Assembly: GCA_002269645.1 (NCBI GenBank)
Contig: NIVC01000096.1
Location: forward strand, 186,001 to 250,000
Length of the DNA: 64,000 bases
Source of the DNA: Macrostomum lignano
Lineage: Eukaryota
Direction of reading: 5' to 3'
Every line of letters begins with the position of its first letter. The first letter of the stretch is position 1. The position numbers were made by a program, and so were the translations under genes. A model generated the notes under the pieces. It was not told the DNA's origin. It did no database searches and saw nothing but the letters and a program-made list of their open reading frames with translations. Shown here piece by piece: positions 35,101-50,000 of the stretch.

Positions 35101-38100
35101 CTCAACCAAATTTGATCGCGTTTTTTTTAAACTTGCAAAATTCTTCACCTTAAAATTTTAGTGACCTTGGATTTTACCTTAAAAAATTCAAATATTTGCT
35201 TGGAGAACTGCAGAATGCTGGGGGGATGAATGAGAATTCTCAAGGGAGCAGTAAAGGCTTCTCTTCGAAAATAGCCGCGTTGTAGAGGCAAAGCAGATGG
35301 TGGGCAATTCGAGTCTGCATTGAAGTAGAAAATTTATCCCCATAACTTGTGACAACATTGATGTCACCTCCAATGCAGATTGACGCAGATTTTTCGAAAT
35401 GTTCATTTAATTATTCTGGGACTGCATTAATCTTCTACAGCAGTGCAAGTCTATTGTATGCGCTAATTTTCAGAGACCATTACTGACAAAGTCTTGGCAA
35501 AGTGTTGCTAATCTGGAGTGCTAATTTAGGGGTAGGGGTGCTAATCTAGGGGGAAGTAGTGCTAATCTGGGGGGAAGTAGTGCTAATCTGAGGAGCGGTG
35601 CTAATCTGGGGGGAATAGTGCTAATCTGAGGAGCGTTGCTAATCTGAGGAGCGGTGCTAATCTGGGGGGAAGTAGTGCTAATCTGAGGAGCAGTGCTAAT
35701 CTGGGGGGGTAAATAGTGCTAATCTGAGGAGCGTTGCTAATCTGAGCAGCGGTGCTAATCTTGGAAAAGTGTTGTTAAGGTGAGTGGTGCTGAGTTTGTT
35801 TTTGCAAAAATGAGAAAAAGTAATTTTTGATTAATGGAAATGGTAATTATGGTTACCATTGGACCAAAATAAAAACCACTTGGTGTCATTTCTAAGGCCC
35901 CCCAGCGGGGGGGCTAATGGCTAGTATCCCTCTAATCCCCGAAACAACTTGGAAGTATTCCGAAATTTCATAAAGCACCGTAGAAATTCTCAGGCCAGAG
36001 TCTCATCATCAGAGCTGGCCTAACAACCCAGAACTCTAGCAACCAAGAACCATCCACCGTAGCAATCCATAAGTTCTCCTGGAAACAATCCCTTAGCAAC
36101 CCAGAACTTCCCATGACAACCCCAGAATTCCTTCTAGAATTCCAGAACACCCATAGCAACTCAGAACATACCCTAGCAACCAGAACTACCCCTAGCAACC
36201 ACCGTATCAACCAAGAGCCAGAACTCCCCTTGGCAACCACCGTATCAACCAAGAGCCAGAAATCCCCTAGCAACCACCGTATCAACCAAGAGCCGGAACT
36301 CCCCCTAGCAACCACCATAGCAACCAAGAGCCAGAACTTCCCAGAAACCCCCAGCAACCCAGAACCCCCCAGTCCACGCACTTCATGATCTTCTCCTCGA
36401 TGGTGTCCCTGGTGAGCAGTCTGTAGACGCTCACAGCCCGAGTCTGTCCGATCCGATGCGCCCTGTCCATGGCCTGCAGATCCCGCATGGGGTTCCAGTC
36501 GTGATCAACAAAGATCACGGTGTCAGCGCCAGTCAGGTTCAGACCGAGGCCCCCAACAGAGGTTGTCAATAGCAACGCATCGATGCTGGGGTCGGAGTTG
36601 AACTTCTGCACCAGACTGTGTCGGTCAGCGGCTGGCACCGAGCCGTCCAGCCGCAGGTGCTGCATGTCGCTGTCCTTGAAGACCAGCTTCTCAACGAGGT
36701 CCAGAGTGGCTTTGGTCTGAGCGAAGAGCAGCACTCGGTGCTGACTCACCACGCCCAGCCGGCTGTCTCCCGTGATCCCAATGTCTGACAGCAGCTGGCG
36801 CAGTGCCAGGAACTTTCCAGAGTTTTCCACGGTGGCCACGTTCTTGTGCTGCTGCTGCTGCTGGGGACTCGAACCAAGGACCAAGGCTGGGTGATTGCAG
36901 ATCTTGCGCAGGAAGTGCAGCGCCTGCGGTTTCAAATGGGGATATTGGGGATCAGAGTGGCAGCTTGAGCACGCGAAGGGATACACTCAGGATTGAGTGT
37001 CCGGTCCCTCAGATTGAGTGTACGATCCCTCAGATTGAGTGTCCGGTCCCTCAGAATGAGTGTCCGGTCTCTCAGATTGTGTCAGGTCCCTCAGATTGAG
37101 TGTACGATCCCTCAGATTGAGTGTCCGGTCCCTCAGATTGAGTGTCCGATCTCTCAGATTGAGTGTACGATCCCTCAGAATGAGTGTACGATCCCACAGA
37201 TTGAGTGTACGATCCCTCAGATTGAGTGTCCGGTCTCTTAGATTGAGTGTCCGATCTCTCAGATTGAGTGTACGATCCCTCAGAATGAGTGTACGATCCC
37301 ACAGATTGAGTGTACGATCCCTCAGATTGAGTGTCCGGTCTCTTAGATTGAGTGTCCGATCTCTTAGATTGAGTGTCCGGTCCCTCAGATTGAGTGTCCG
37401 GTTCCCTCAGATTGAGTGTCTCAGATTGAATGTCCGATCTCTCAGATTGAGTGTCTCAGATTGAGTGTCTCAGATTGAGTGTCCGGTCCCTTAGATTGAG
37501 TGTACGATCCCTCAGAATGAGTGTACAATCCCTCAGATTGAGTGTACGATCCCTCAGATTGAGTGTCCGGTCTCTTAGATTGAGTGTCCGATCTCTCAGA
37601 TTGAGTGTCCGGTCCCTCAGATTGAGTGTCCGGTTCCCTCAGATTGAGTGTCTCAGATTGAGTTTCCGGTCACTCAGATTGAGTGTCCGGTTCCCTCAGA
37701 TTGAGTGTCTCAGATTGAGTTTCCGGTCACTCAGATTGAGTGTCCGGTCCCTCAGATTGAGTGTCCGGTCCCTCAGATTGAGTGTCCGGTTCCCTCAGAT
37801 TGAGTGTCTCAGATTGAGTTTCCGGTCACTCAGATTGAGTGTCCGGTCCCTCAGATTGAGTGTCCGGTTCCCTCAGATTGAGTGTCCTATCTCTTAGATT
37901 TTGTGGCCGATCTCTCAGATTGAGTGTCCAGTCCCTCAGATTGAGTGTCCGGTCTCTCAGATTGAGTGTCCGATCTCTCAGATTGAGTGTCCGGTCCCTC
38001 AGATTGAGTGTCCGGTTCCCTCAGATTGAATGTCCTATCTCTTAGATTTTGTGGCCGATCTCTCAGATTGAGTGTCCGGTCCCTCAGATTGAGTGTCTCA

Positions 38101-41100
38101 GATTGAGTGTCCGGTCCCTCAGATTGAGTGTCCGGTCTCTCAGATTGAGTGTCCAATCTCTCAGATTGAGTGTCCAATCTCTCAGATTGAGTGTCCAATC
38201 TCTCAGATTGAGTGTCCGGTCCCTCAGATTGAGTGTCCGGTTCCCTCAGATTGAGTGTCCTATCTCTTAGATTTTGTGGCCGATCTCTCAGATTGAGTGT
38301 CCGGTCCCTCAGATTGAGTGTCTCAGATTGAGTGTCCGTCTCTCAGATTGAGTGTCTGATCTCTCAGATTGAGTGTCCGATCCCTCAGATTGAGTGTCCG
38401 ATCCCTCAGATTGAGTGTCCGGTCTCTCAGATCGAGTGTCCGGTCTCTCAGATCGAGTGTCCGGTCCCTCAGATTGAGTGTCCGATCGCTAAGATTGAGT
38501 GTCCGATCTCACCCCAGGTGTTACTCATCACTCACCTGGAAGATGTGCTGGCGGTTGTCACCAGAGTCTGAGTCACCGGTGCCCAGGTGGCTGTTGCGGC
38601 AAAACTTCTCATACAACTGGGCCTGCGGTGTCGAGATGGGGTGGGTGGGACTGCGATGAAAAGATGGGAATTCAGGTTTGGATGTGATGCTGGAAGGTGC
38701 ATCCCTACAAAGTCAAATATTCAAATAGTGACTAGAACAGATGAAAATGATTAGAACAGGTAAAAGGCTATTTAACAAGTACAATTTAATTCCAACAGGA
38801 AATGTCAATTTTAACAGGTAATATGCGACTCAAACCGGTAATATGTGACTCAAACCCGTAATGTGTGACTCAAACCGGTAATATGCGACTCAAACCGGTA
38901 ATATGCGACTCAAACCGGTAATATGTGACTCAAACCGGTAATATGCGACTCAAACCGGTAATATGCGACTCAAACCGGTAATATGTGACTCAAACCGGTA
39001 ATGTGTGACTCAAACAGGTAATATGCGACTCAAACCAGTAATATGCGACTCAAACCGGTAATATGTGACTCAAACCAGTAATATGCGACTCAAACCGGTA
39101 ATATGTGACTCAAACCGGTAATGTGTGACTCAAACCGGTAATATGCGACTCAAACCGGTTATATGTGACTCAATTGGTAATATGTGACTCAAATCGGTAA
39201 TAAGTGACCTAAACCGGTAAAAAGCAATTAAAACCAGCGTCAGTCTCACCTGCAGAGGACTCAGCTGGCAGTAATAATCCTGACAAATCTTCGGTGGCAG
39301 GTCCCTCAGCACGTCCTCCTTGAGCCGCCTGAGCATAAACGGCAGAGTCTGTCTGTGAAGAGCCTCCAAAGCGAGGGTGCCCTTGGTCTGGTCCTCAGTG
39401 CCAGCCTTCACATCCCTGGAGCCCTGGATTGGCTTGGCAAAGGCGGTGGAGAACTCTGACTCGGTGCCCAGGTAGCCGGGCATCAGGAAGTCGAAGATGG
39501 CCCACAGCTCGTGAACTCCGTTCTGAATTGGGGTGCCCGTCAGCACGAGACGGTGCTGGCATCTCAGTGACTTCACGGCGAGACTGAGCTGCAGGGGGGG
39601 TGAGGGTGGCTGAGTGAGCTGCAGAGGTGGTTGAGGGTGGCTGAGTGAGCTGCAGAGGTGGCTGAGGGTGGCTGAGTGAGCTGCAGTGTCGGGTGAGGGT
39701 GGCTGAGTGAGCTGCAGAGGTGGCTGAGTGAGCTGCAGAGGTGGCCGAGTGAGCTGCAGAGTGCAGAGATGGCTGAGTGAGCTGCAGAGGTGGCTGAGTG
39801 AGCTGCAGAGGTGGCTGAGTGAGCTTCAGAGGTGGCTGAGTGATCTGGGCATCACAAAGAATGGGTCAACAATTATTTCTGATTATTTGAGTCAGTTTTC
39901 ATGCATTATCGATTTCCATAATGTAAGTATAAATTTCTGCTGAAAATTAAAGCGTAAAAGTGCTAAGTTTACTACTGAATCGCATTGAACAAGTAAGTAG
40001 CAAGTAACAAACCTTAGATTTAGGATTTTTTATTATGTGACCTTCGTCCAAAATGCAGTAATTCCACGCGACCTCCCTGCAATGAGCGTCGGTTTGAGGT
40101 CGATGGATGCGAAACCTTTGTGATGACGGGGCACAACCTTTATTATGGCCCAGCAACTGAGGATCTGGGAGGCTGGCCCAGCAACTGAGGATCTAGGAGG
40201 CTGACCCAGCAACTGAGGATCTGGGAAGCTGGCCCAGCAACTGAGGATCTGGGAGGCTGGCCCAGCAACTAAGGATCTGGGAAGCTGGCCCAGCAACTGA
40301 GGATCTGGGAGGCTTCCCAGCAACTGAGGATCTGGGAAGCTGGCCCAGCAACTGAGGATCTGGGAAGCTGGCCCAGCAACTGACACTTTGGGAGGCTGGC
40401 CCAGCAACTGAGGATATGGGAGCTGTCTTACCCAAACAGCTCAGCGTCCTTCCGCACAGCGTCAAAGGAGGTGATCAGGATGGTGCAGCCCGACTTCTCC
40501 GGCGACCTTTTGTGCGTTTTAACAAATTTTTCAATCAGTGCCCGACGCGTCTGCCGGTTGCCATTGACAACCAGCGGCTGGGCGGCGTCGTCGCTGATGA
40601 ACTTCTCCATCTCGTACTGCCAGTGGCCGGTGAGGGTGGCCGGGCACACCACCAGGGAGGGCAGCGGCCGGTCCGCCGCTTTGTTGCTGGCCTGGGGCAG
40701 AAGGGGGCAGATATGGGACAATGGTGAGCGGATTGGGGAGCAGATTACCTGATGGCTGATGCTTCAATTAGAATCCACGAATCCCATTAACTGCTATTTC
40801 AAATGAATAATATCCTCAAGGAGAACCCTATTCAATAGAATCTCATCGCCCGATAAAAATCTTACGACCCAGAATCCCATCACTCACAATCTCATCACCC
40901 AAAATCCCATGACTCAAAATCTCACAACTCAGAATCCCATTGTTCATCACTCAGAATCCCACAACCCAGAATCCTATCTTTAAAATTCAATTACCAAGAA
41001 TCTCATCACTTAGAATCCCATTCCCATCACCCCATCAATCAGAAACCTACTCCCAACCATCGCATTCCCCATGTATCATCCCATTCCCCATCACTCGATT

Positions 41101-43926
41101 CACTCAGAATCCCATTCCTCATCATCAAAGTCCCCATCGCCCCATTCACCCAGAATCCCATTCCTCATCCTCCTATCACCCAGATTCCCAATACTCATCA
41201 CCCAGAATCCCTTTCTCCATCACCCAGAATCCCCTTCTCCATCACTTAGAATCCCCTTCTCCATCACCCAGAATCCCCTTTTTCCATCACTCAGAATCCC
41301 ATTCCTCGTCACTCCATCACCCAGAATCCCATTATCCATCACCCCACCCCAGCATCCCACGCACCTGGAAGCAATCCAGCCTCTCCCGGTGCTCCCCAGC
41401 CAAGGCGCAGATGGTCATGAGCGTCTTGCCCAGCCCCAGGTCGTCAGCCAAGACGCCGTTCAGTCCGTAGCGCCGCAGGAACACCAGCCAGTTGACGCCC
41501 TCCTGCTGATAGGATCGCAGCTGCGCTTTCACGGCCACCGGCGCGGAGTAGGCAGCGGCTCTGCTCGGGTGGAGCAGACAGTCGATGAAGCCTCGCTCAG
41601 CATCCCGCCTAGCAACCAGCTCCGGAGTGAGGGCAGCACTGGCGCCACTTTGAGTCGCTTCCAACGGCAGCAGGCGAAGCAGACGGCCGAACGTCTTGGC
41701 CGAGGCGGACCGGACACTGGCGTTCTGGTCGGACATGCGGCCGAGACAAGGCAGCAGCAGCAGAGCCAGGTAGGGCAGGATGAGCAGTTCCAGATCCCTG
41801 ACTAGGATGAAGCTGAGCTCAGCTGCTCCCAGTCTGCAGGCCGGCTCCGAGTGGCTCAGCCAATCCAGACACAGATGTACACCCGGGCTGCGCGCCTCCT
41901 CGCTGCGTCGGCACCAGGCGGACACCAGCCGGGCGGCGGCGTGTCGGAGGCGGGGATCGGCGCTGGACAGGGGGCCGGGGTGGCGGCGGCAGAGGGGCAG
42001 AAGGACGGAGGACAGCTGCGGGATTTGGGTGAATGAGTGGGGATTTGGGTGAATGAATGGGGATTTGGGTGAATGAGTGGGGATTTGGGTGAATGAATGG
42101 GGATTTGGGTGAATGAGTGGGGATTTGGGTGAATGAGTGGGGATTTGGGTGAATAAATAGGGATTTGGGTGAATAAATGGGGATTTAGGTGAGTAAATGC
42201 GGATTTGGGTGAATGAATGGGATTTGGGTGAATGAATGGGATTTGGGTGAATGAATGGGATTTGGGTGAATGAATGGGATTTGGGTGAATGAATGGGGAT
42301 TTGGGTGAATGAATGGGATTTGGGTGAATAAATGGGGATTTGGGTAAATGAATATGGCGATTTGGGTGAATGAATGGGGATTTGGGTGAATGAATGGGGC
42401 GATTTGGTAAACTAAGAATACGATCATATGATATTGGTAAACGGGTTGGGTGTATGGACACTTAATTGAAAAACGGTCAAATTTAGTCGAGGCCAGCTGT
42501 GTTCACCTGGTCGAAGGCGCCGCTGTCCAGATGATCGCAGCAGATCTCCAGGGCCATCAGGGAGGTCAGCAGAGAGGAGACGCCCGCGGAGTCCAGCGAA
42601 TCTGCGGCATGAAATTCGGGTTCAGAGCGAATATTTTTATTTCTATTTTAAAATATACAATAAAACGCATTTTATTTACTGCAAGTAGCAAGTAGGTAAT
42701 TTTAGCAGTATTTTATAGTGCAGTGGCCCTCACCAAAATCGGCCAGGGCTGCGGCCGGAAATTCGAGCAGCAGCCGCCACAGCGCCGGCAGCCCGGTGGC
42801 CAGGCGGTGGCCGAAAAGACGGCAGACCGCCTGGAAGGCCAGCTGGCCGCCTCGGGTCTCCAGCGGGACTGCTTCGGGCTGATGCTGCTGCATAGTTGCT
42901 ATGGCAACAATTTCTTCCTTAGCAACGGTGGGCAAGGCGGTGTCAGCGCGCAGATAGGCGGAAAGATTCTTGATGATCTTGTCGGCCACGGCCTCTCCGG
43001 ACGGCTTGGCGGACAGCAGCAGCAGTGCCTGGGCGAGGGCGTCTGCAGACAGGCGCTGGGGAGGCGAATTCGATGCTGGGGAAGGGTAATTCGGTGCTGG
43101 GGAGGGGAATTCGATGCTGGGGGAGGGGAATTCTGTGCTGGGGGAGGGGAATTCTGTGCTGGGGGAGGGGAATTCGATGCTGGGGGAGGGGAATTTAATG
43201 CTGGGGGAGGGGACTTCGATGCTGGGGGAGGGGAATTTGATACTGGGGGAGGGGAATTCGATGCTGGGGGAGGGGAATTTGATACTGGGGAGGGGAATTC
43301 GATGCTGGGGGAGGGGAATTCGATGCTGGGGGAGGGAATTCGGTGCTGGGGAGGGGAATTCGGTGCTGGGGGAGGGAAATTTAGTGCTATGGGAGGGAAA
43401 TTCGGTGCTGGGAGGAGGAGGAGTATTATTTAGTTTACTATGCCTATTATCTATCAGTATATTATCTAGTAGTAGGCTGAGGCCCACGCCCACACAGAGC
43501 AGGGAGTACAGTGGCCACCCCCCAAAGTTCACAGGTTTGCGGGATTGCTAAAAATAACTTTAACGAACACTTTAATACCTCTATTATAAGACTTTACTTT
43601 TATCCGACTACGATATGCCACTATTTTTTTCTAATAAACCTTTCCTGAATATAACTGATGAGCTTGAAATTCATCGGCAAAATCCAATGTAATGTTGGTT
43701 TTAAAGTTTTTATTTCTCCAGTTATGATTAAGCGTGAAACTGTATTTATACGATAGCTGGCTGGCGTTCGCTACCTGCAGCCTGGCGTTCTCCTCAGCTC
43801 TGAGGCTGTCCATGAGCGGCTTGATCACCGGACTGACTCGGTCTGGGAGGTCTGCCACCAGCAGGCATAGGGCCGCTGCAAGGCTGGACTGCACCCTGTA
43901 ATTGGGGAGGGGATTGATGGCAATTT

Positions 43927-44018
<92 letters not shown>

Positions 44019-44043
44019 AACAGACAGACAGACAGAGAGACAC

Positions 44044-44086
<43 letters not shown>

Positions 44087-44893
44087 AACAAACAGACAGA
44101 CAGACAGAGAGACACACAGACAGACAGACAGACAGACACACACACACACACAGACAGACAGACAGACAGAGAGACACACAGACAGACAGACAGACAGACA
44201 GACACACACACACACACACAGACAGACAGACAGAGAGACAGACAGACAGACAGACAGACACACACACAGACAGACAGACACACAGACAGACAGACACACA
44301 GACAGACACACAGACACACAGACACACAGACAGACACACACACAGACAGACAGACAGACACACAGACACACAGACAGACACACACACAGACAGACACACA
44401 CACAGACAGACACACACACAGACAGACAGACAGACACACAGACACACAGACAGACACACACACAGACAGACACACAGACAGACAGACACACAGACAGACA
44501 GACACACAGACAGACAGACAGACACACAGACAGACACACACACAGACAGACACACAGACACACAGACAGACAGACAGACACACAGACACACAGACAGACA
44601 GACAGACACACAGACACACAGACAGACAGACAGACACACAGACACACAGACAGACACACACACACAGACAGACACACACACAGACAGACACACACACAGA
44701 CAGACAGACAGACACACAGACACACACACAGACAGACACACACATAGACAGACAGACACAGACACACAGACAGACAGACAGACACACATAGACAGACAGA
44801 CACAGACACACAGACAGACAGACAGACACACAGACACACAGACACAGACAGAGAGACAGACACAGACAGACAGACACACAGACAGACAGACAC

Positions 44894-44936
<43 letters not shown>

Positions 44937-46983
44937 CACAGACACACAGACACACAGACAGACAGACAGACACAGACAGACAGACACACAGACAGACAGA
45001 CACACACACAGACAGACAGACAGACACACAGACAGACACACACACAGACAGACACACACATAGACAGACAGACACAGACACACAGACAGACAGACAGACA
45101 CACAGACACACAGACACACAGACAGAGAGACACATACACATACAGAAAGCTCACCGCATGTTCAGCAGGCCAATCAGAGCTGAGCATTTGTCCACCGAGA
45201 CGGAGGCGGCGCTGAGCTGAGCAGCCACTCGATCCCGCAGCTCGGCTGTCAGCTTGGCAGCCGCTGGACCAACCAGAGTCTTGCAGGCTTCCAGAGACAG
45301 CACGGGACTGCAGGTGGGAAGGGAGGCGCAGGATTTGGCTGAATGCCAGCTGGCAGCACTAAAACAGGCACACCATGGGCTCTGAGACCACAGAGACACC
45401 TGCAGCAGCACCAGGGGACTCAACAGCGGGCAGCTCAGCCAGCGAGTCCTCAGGCTGTGCAGGATTGGCTGTGTGGACTAGCGCTGTGGCGGGCAGGACA
45501 GCTGATGGCATTGCAAGCATCAAAATAAAATCTTGTTTTTTTCGGATAGGAATTTTTACCTAATTACGAGCCATAAAAAACTGGGAATTTTTGCTTATAT
45601 AATCCTTATGCAGAAGTAGAAAGCCTTTCAATGGCTTCAGCGGCAGACAATTCCTATTGGCTTTGGATTCTCTCCGCCTGCACTTCCGCAGACCACCGCA
45701 CCTAGCCGCGGGTCCGCCGACAAACTTTTCTGCCCTTCTATTCAAACTGTTCAGTTCATAGCCTCTCTTCTCTTGCTTGTGTTGTGCTAAACCTGCATAG
45801 AAGCTACATTCCTATTGGACTCACTCCACATCCAAGGAGGGAGGGGGGGGGCGCGGTGACCACCCTCCCACCCCACCTTGGGAGGTTTTTTTAGTACAAG
45901 CTCGTTGTATGCGTTTTTTTTAGCGTAATGCGCCTGCTCTAATTCTGAAAGTTCGCTGGGGGAGGAGGTGATCACCCAACCACCGCCCCCCCCCCCCTAA
46001 TCGGAGGTGCTGCGCCACCACTGCAGGTGTCGGCAAACTTTTTACCCTCAGATAAAAAATCCGGTCAGATAAAGAATCCAGCTCATGGCTGCGGGCCAGA
46101 TGAGAGTGGAAAAGAGAGAGAATGGGGAGAGATAAGAAAGAAAGATGATATGACAGATGAAGAGAGGAGAGCTAGGTGAGAGGCTAGATGAGAAATCAGA
46201 GAGGCTATATGAGAGAAGAAGAGATAAGAGGAGTTTGCCGACCACTAAAACTAGACTTAACTAACTATTATCTAGAATTCTATGACTTAAAGTAGCAGCA
46301 ATACTAGAGCAGCTGAATAAATCTCTGGTTTGTGTCTCACGATGAGGCTGAAATTATACTCGTACAACAAATCTTTCAATAGTTCAATCTTTTTCGGGGT
46401 CATATAATGCTAAAAAGCTAATGGTTGGTTGTAATTTGTAATAACAGTGATACACAATTACAAATTTTCTCTCAGCACAGGTGCACCAGAGAATGACCAG
46501 CCTGTACTCAAAATCACACCTAAGTAGCTCCACTCACCCAATATTCGGCAGTGCGGCGCTGGCCCCAGCCTCCTTCAACTCGCCTAGCAACAGTCGGCAG
46601 TCCAGCTGCATCTGCTTAAAGTGCAACAGGCTCTCCTCGAAGTACACAACCTCAGTCAGGCAGCGCAGAAGGCCCTGCCTCACCGAGTTCGATTCATCCC
46701 CGCTGATGGCTGCTGACACCTCGCTAAGTCCCGAGCAGAACAGGCCGGCAACAAACCGGTGGGTAGCCAGCTTAGAAACCAGGTAGCAACCAGTTAATTG
46801 GCGAATTTTTTCAGCCAACAGTTTGCCGCGCTCAGCTGAAGCCGCTGTAGCAGCAGCGGCCGGTCTCAGAGCTGCTGAGCACATCGAGCTGAGCATCTCC
46901 AGGGCGAACAGCCGCGCCTCCAGTACGACAGCTTCGCGACGTTCCACTGAGTCGGAGAGGCTCGATGAGCCACCGATGTACAA

Positions 46984-47015
<32 letters not shown>

Positions 47016-50000
47016 TGCTACTGCTGCTGCCGCCGCCGACACTTCCCGAACGGCGGGACTCGAAGGTGGCCAAACGGCCAAGGATGACGCCGGGTGTCGC
47101 TGGTGGCGCAGCGGGATCGGCGGCGGAGAACGGATCGTCTTCCTGAACGGGGGGATGGTCATAAGTCATAAGATACCTGATCGTACTCCAGTCATAAGTC
47201 ATAAGCCTAAACGGTCATACTCTAGTCATAAGTCTCTAGCCTAGACGGTCATACTCTAGTCATAAGTCTCTAGCCTAGACGGTCATACTCTAGTCATAAG
47301 TCTCTAGCCTAGACGGTCATATTCTAGTCATAAGTCTCTAGCCTAGACGGTCATACTCTAGTCATAAGTCTCTAGCCTAGACGGTCATACTCTAGTCATA
47401 AGTCTCTAGCCTAGACGGTCATATTCTAGTCATAAGTCTCTAGCCTAGACGGTCATACTCTAGTCATAAGTCTCTAGCCTAGACGGTCATACTCTAGTCA
47501 TAAGTCTCTAGCCTTGACGGTCATACTCTAGTCATAAGTCTCTAGCCTAGACGGTCATATTCTAGTCATAAGTCTCTAGCCTAGACGGTCATATTCTAGT
47601 CATAAGTCTCTAGCCTAGACGGTCATATTCTAGTCATAAGTCTCTAGCCTAGACGGTCATACTCTAGTCATAAGTCATAAGCCTAAACGGTCATACTCTA
47701 GTCATAAGTCATAAGCCTAGACGGTCATACTCTAGTCATAAGTCTCTAGCCTAAACGGTCATACTCTAGTCATAAGTCATAAGCCTAAACGGTCATACTC
47801 TAGTCATAAGTCATAAGCCTAGACGGTCATACTCCAGTCATAAGTCATAAGCCTAAACGGTCATACTCTAGTCAAAAGTCATAAGCTCAAACGATCATAC
47901 TCCAGTCATAAGTCATAATCCCAAACGGTCGTACTCTAGTCATGTATCTATCCTAAACAGTCATACTTCAGTCATAAGTCTCCAGCCTTAACGGTCATAC
48001 TCTAGTCATAATTTATAAGATCAAACGGTCATAATCTAGTCATTATTCACTCACCAGAAACTCTTGTCTCGAAGGTTGCGTAGCTAATGCCAGCATTTCG
48101 GTCAAATTCTCGGCCACTAGCAACGCCTCGGCCAGCTGTCCGACCTTGTCCGACAAATCGTCGAGAAGTTTCAACAGACTGGCCCGGACAGCCGACCGAG
48201 TCTCGGGCAGCTCCTCCAGCAGGCAGCGCTGGTAGAGGTGACGCAGCACCGCGGCCAGACAGGCTGGCGGCAGGCGTCCGCAGGCGCAACCGGCCGAAGC
48301 AAAAGCGGCCACGGCTCGGCCGGCGGTTTCTCGGACAGAGCGGAGCGAATCGTAGAGAAACGGCAGCAGAGTTTGCAGCTGATTGGACAGCTGAGCTTCA
48401 GTGCTGCAGGATGGATTGAAAAATACAAAATTATGGCATAAAATGCTAATTAGTCTACTGACCACAGTAGAAAGTATGAAATATCGTCAGAAAGATACAA
48501 AAAGCAAAATAAAGCTCACAGGGAAATCGCTGAGATACAAAGGCTCATAAGGGGGAATTGCTGAGATTACAAGGCTCATAAGGGGGAATTGCTGAGATGC
48601 CAAGGCTCACAGGTGGAATTGCTGAGATGCCAAGGCTCACAGGGGGAATTGCTAAGATGCCAAGGCTCACAGGTGGAATTGCTGAGATGCCAAGGCTCAC
48701 AAGGGGAATTGCTGAGATGCCAAGGCTCACAGGTGGAATTGCTGAGATGCCAAGGCTCACAGGGGGAATTGCTGAGATGCCAAGGCTCACAGGGGGAATT
48801 GCTGAGATGCCAAGGCTCACAGGTGGAATTGCTGAGATGCCAAGGCTCACAGGTGGAATTGCTGAGATGCCACGGCTCACAGGGGGAATTGCTGAGATGC
48901 CAAGGCTCACAGGTGGAATTGCTGAGATGCCAAGACTCACAGGGGGAATTGCTGAGATGCCAAGGCTCACAGGTGGAATTGCTGAGATGCCAAGGCTCAC
49001 AGGGGGAATTGCTGAGATGCCAAGGCTCACAGGGGGAATTGCTGAGATGCCAAGGCTCACAGGGGGAATTGCTGATGCCAAGGCTCACAGGTGGAATTGC
49101 TGAGATGCCAAGGCTTACAGGGGGAATTACTGAGATGCCCAGGCTTATAGGGGGAATTGCTGAGATGCCAAGGCTCACAGGTGGAATTGCTGAGATGCCA
49201 AGGCTCACAGGTGGAATTGCTGAGATGCCACGGCTCACAGGGGGAATTGCTGAGATGCCAAGGCTCACAGGGGGAATTGCTGAGATACCAAGGCTCACAG
49301 GTGGAATTGCTGAGATGCCAAGGCTCACAGGTGGAATTGCTGAGATGCCAAGGCTCACAGGGGGAATTGCTGAGATGCCAAGGCTCACAGGGGGAATTGC
49401 TGAGATGCCAAGGCTCACAGGGGGAATTGCTGAGATGCCAAGGCTCACAGGGGGAATTGCTGATGCCAAGGCTCACAGGTGGAATTGCTGAGATGCCAAG
49501 GCTCACAGGGGGAATTGCTGAGATGCCAAGGCTCACAGGGGGAATTGCTGAGATGCCAAGGCTCACAGGGGGAATTGCTGAGATGCCAAGGCTCACAGGT
49601 GGAATTGCTGAGATGCCAAGGCTTACAGGGGGAATTGCTGAGATGCCCAGGCTTATAGGGGGGGGGGAATACGAGCTACAAGCCACAGGATGTGAAAAAG
49701 TGCTCACAACTGGTCAGGCGACACACCGCCAGCCTGCAGAGCGGTCAGCAGACTCAAAATCGTATTGGTCGCTGGCGACAGATCGTCCATCCTGGCCAGC
49801 AGGTCCCACAGTGTCGATACCAGCTGCGGCAGTCGGTCCGGCAGACTGTTGCAGAGCTCTGTACTAACAGGCACCAGAGCAGACAGCGCCGATGCCATCA
49901 CGTCGTCATCCTTAGCCGCTGCGATGTGATTGAAAATCTCCGAGTACACTCGAGGCAGCAGGTCGGCGGCATCTCTCGGTCGGGAGGCCAGGATGTACTT

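Larger units (their letters stand above)
32446..35924 (+). mobile_element. Composite non-autonomous Helitron-like element (3.5 kb) inserted in the 20-mer array
   Basis: Starts TC, ends hairpin CCCCCCAGCGGGGGG plus CTAG|T, no TSD, flanks rejoin as CACAG|TATCCCTCTAATCCCC; second head at ~35036; internal duplication 33445-35030 vs 35195-35765. Confidence 0.7.

Noticed and set aside
43631-49867. Long ORFs such as CLSV/TDRQ repeats and [10 protein letters not shown] repeats
   Set aside because: Translations of intronic micro/minisatellites of BTAF1
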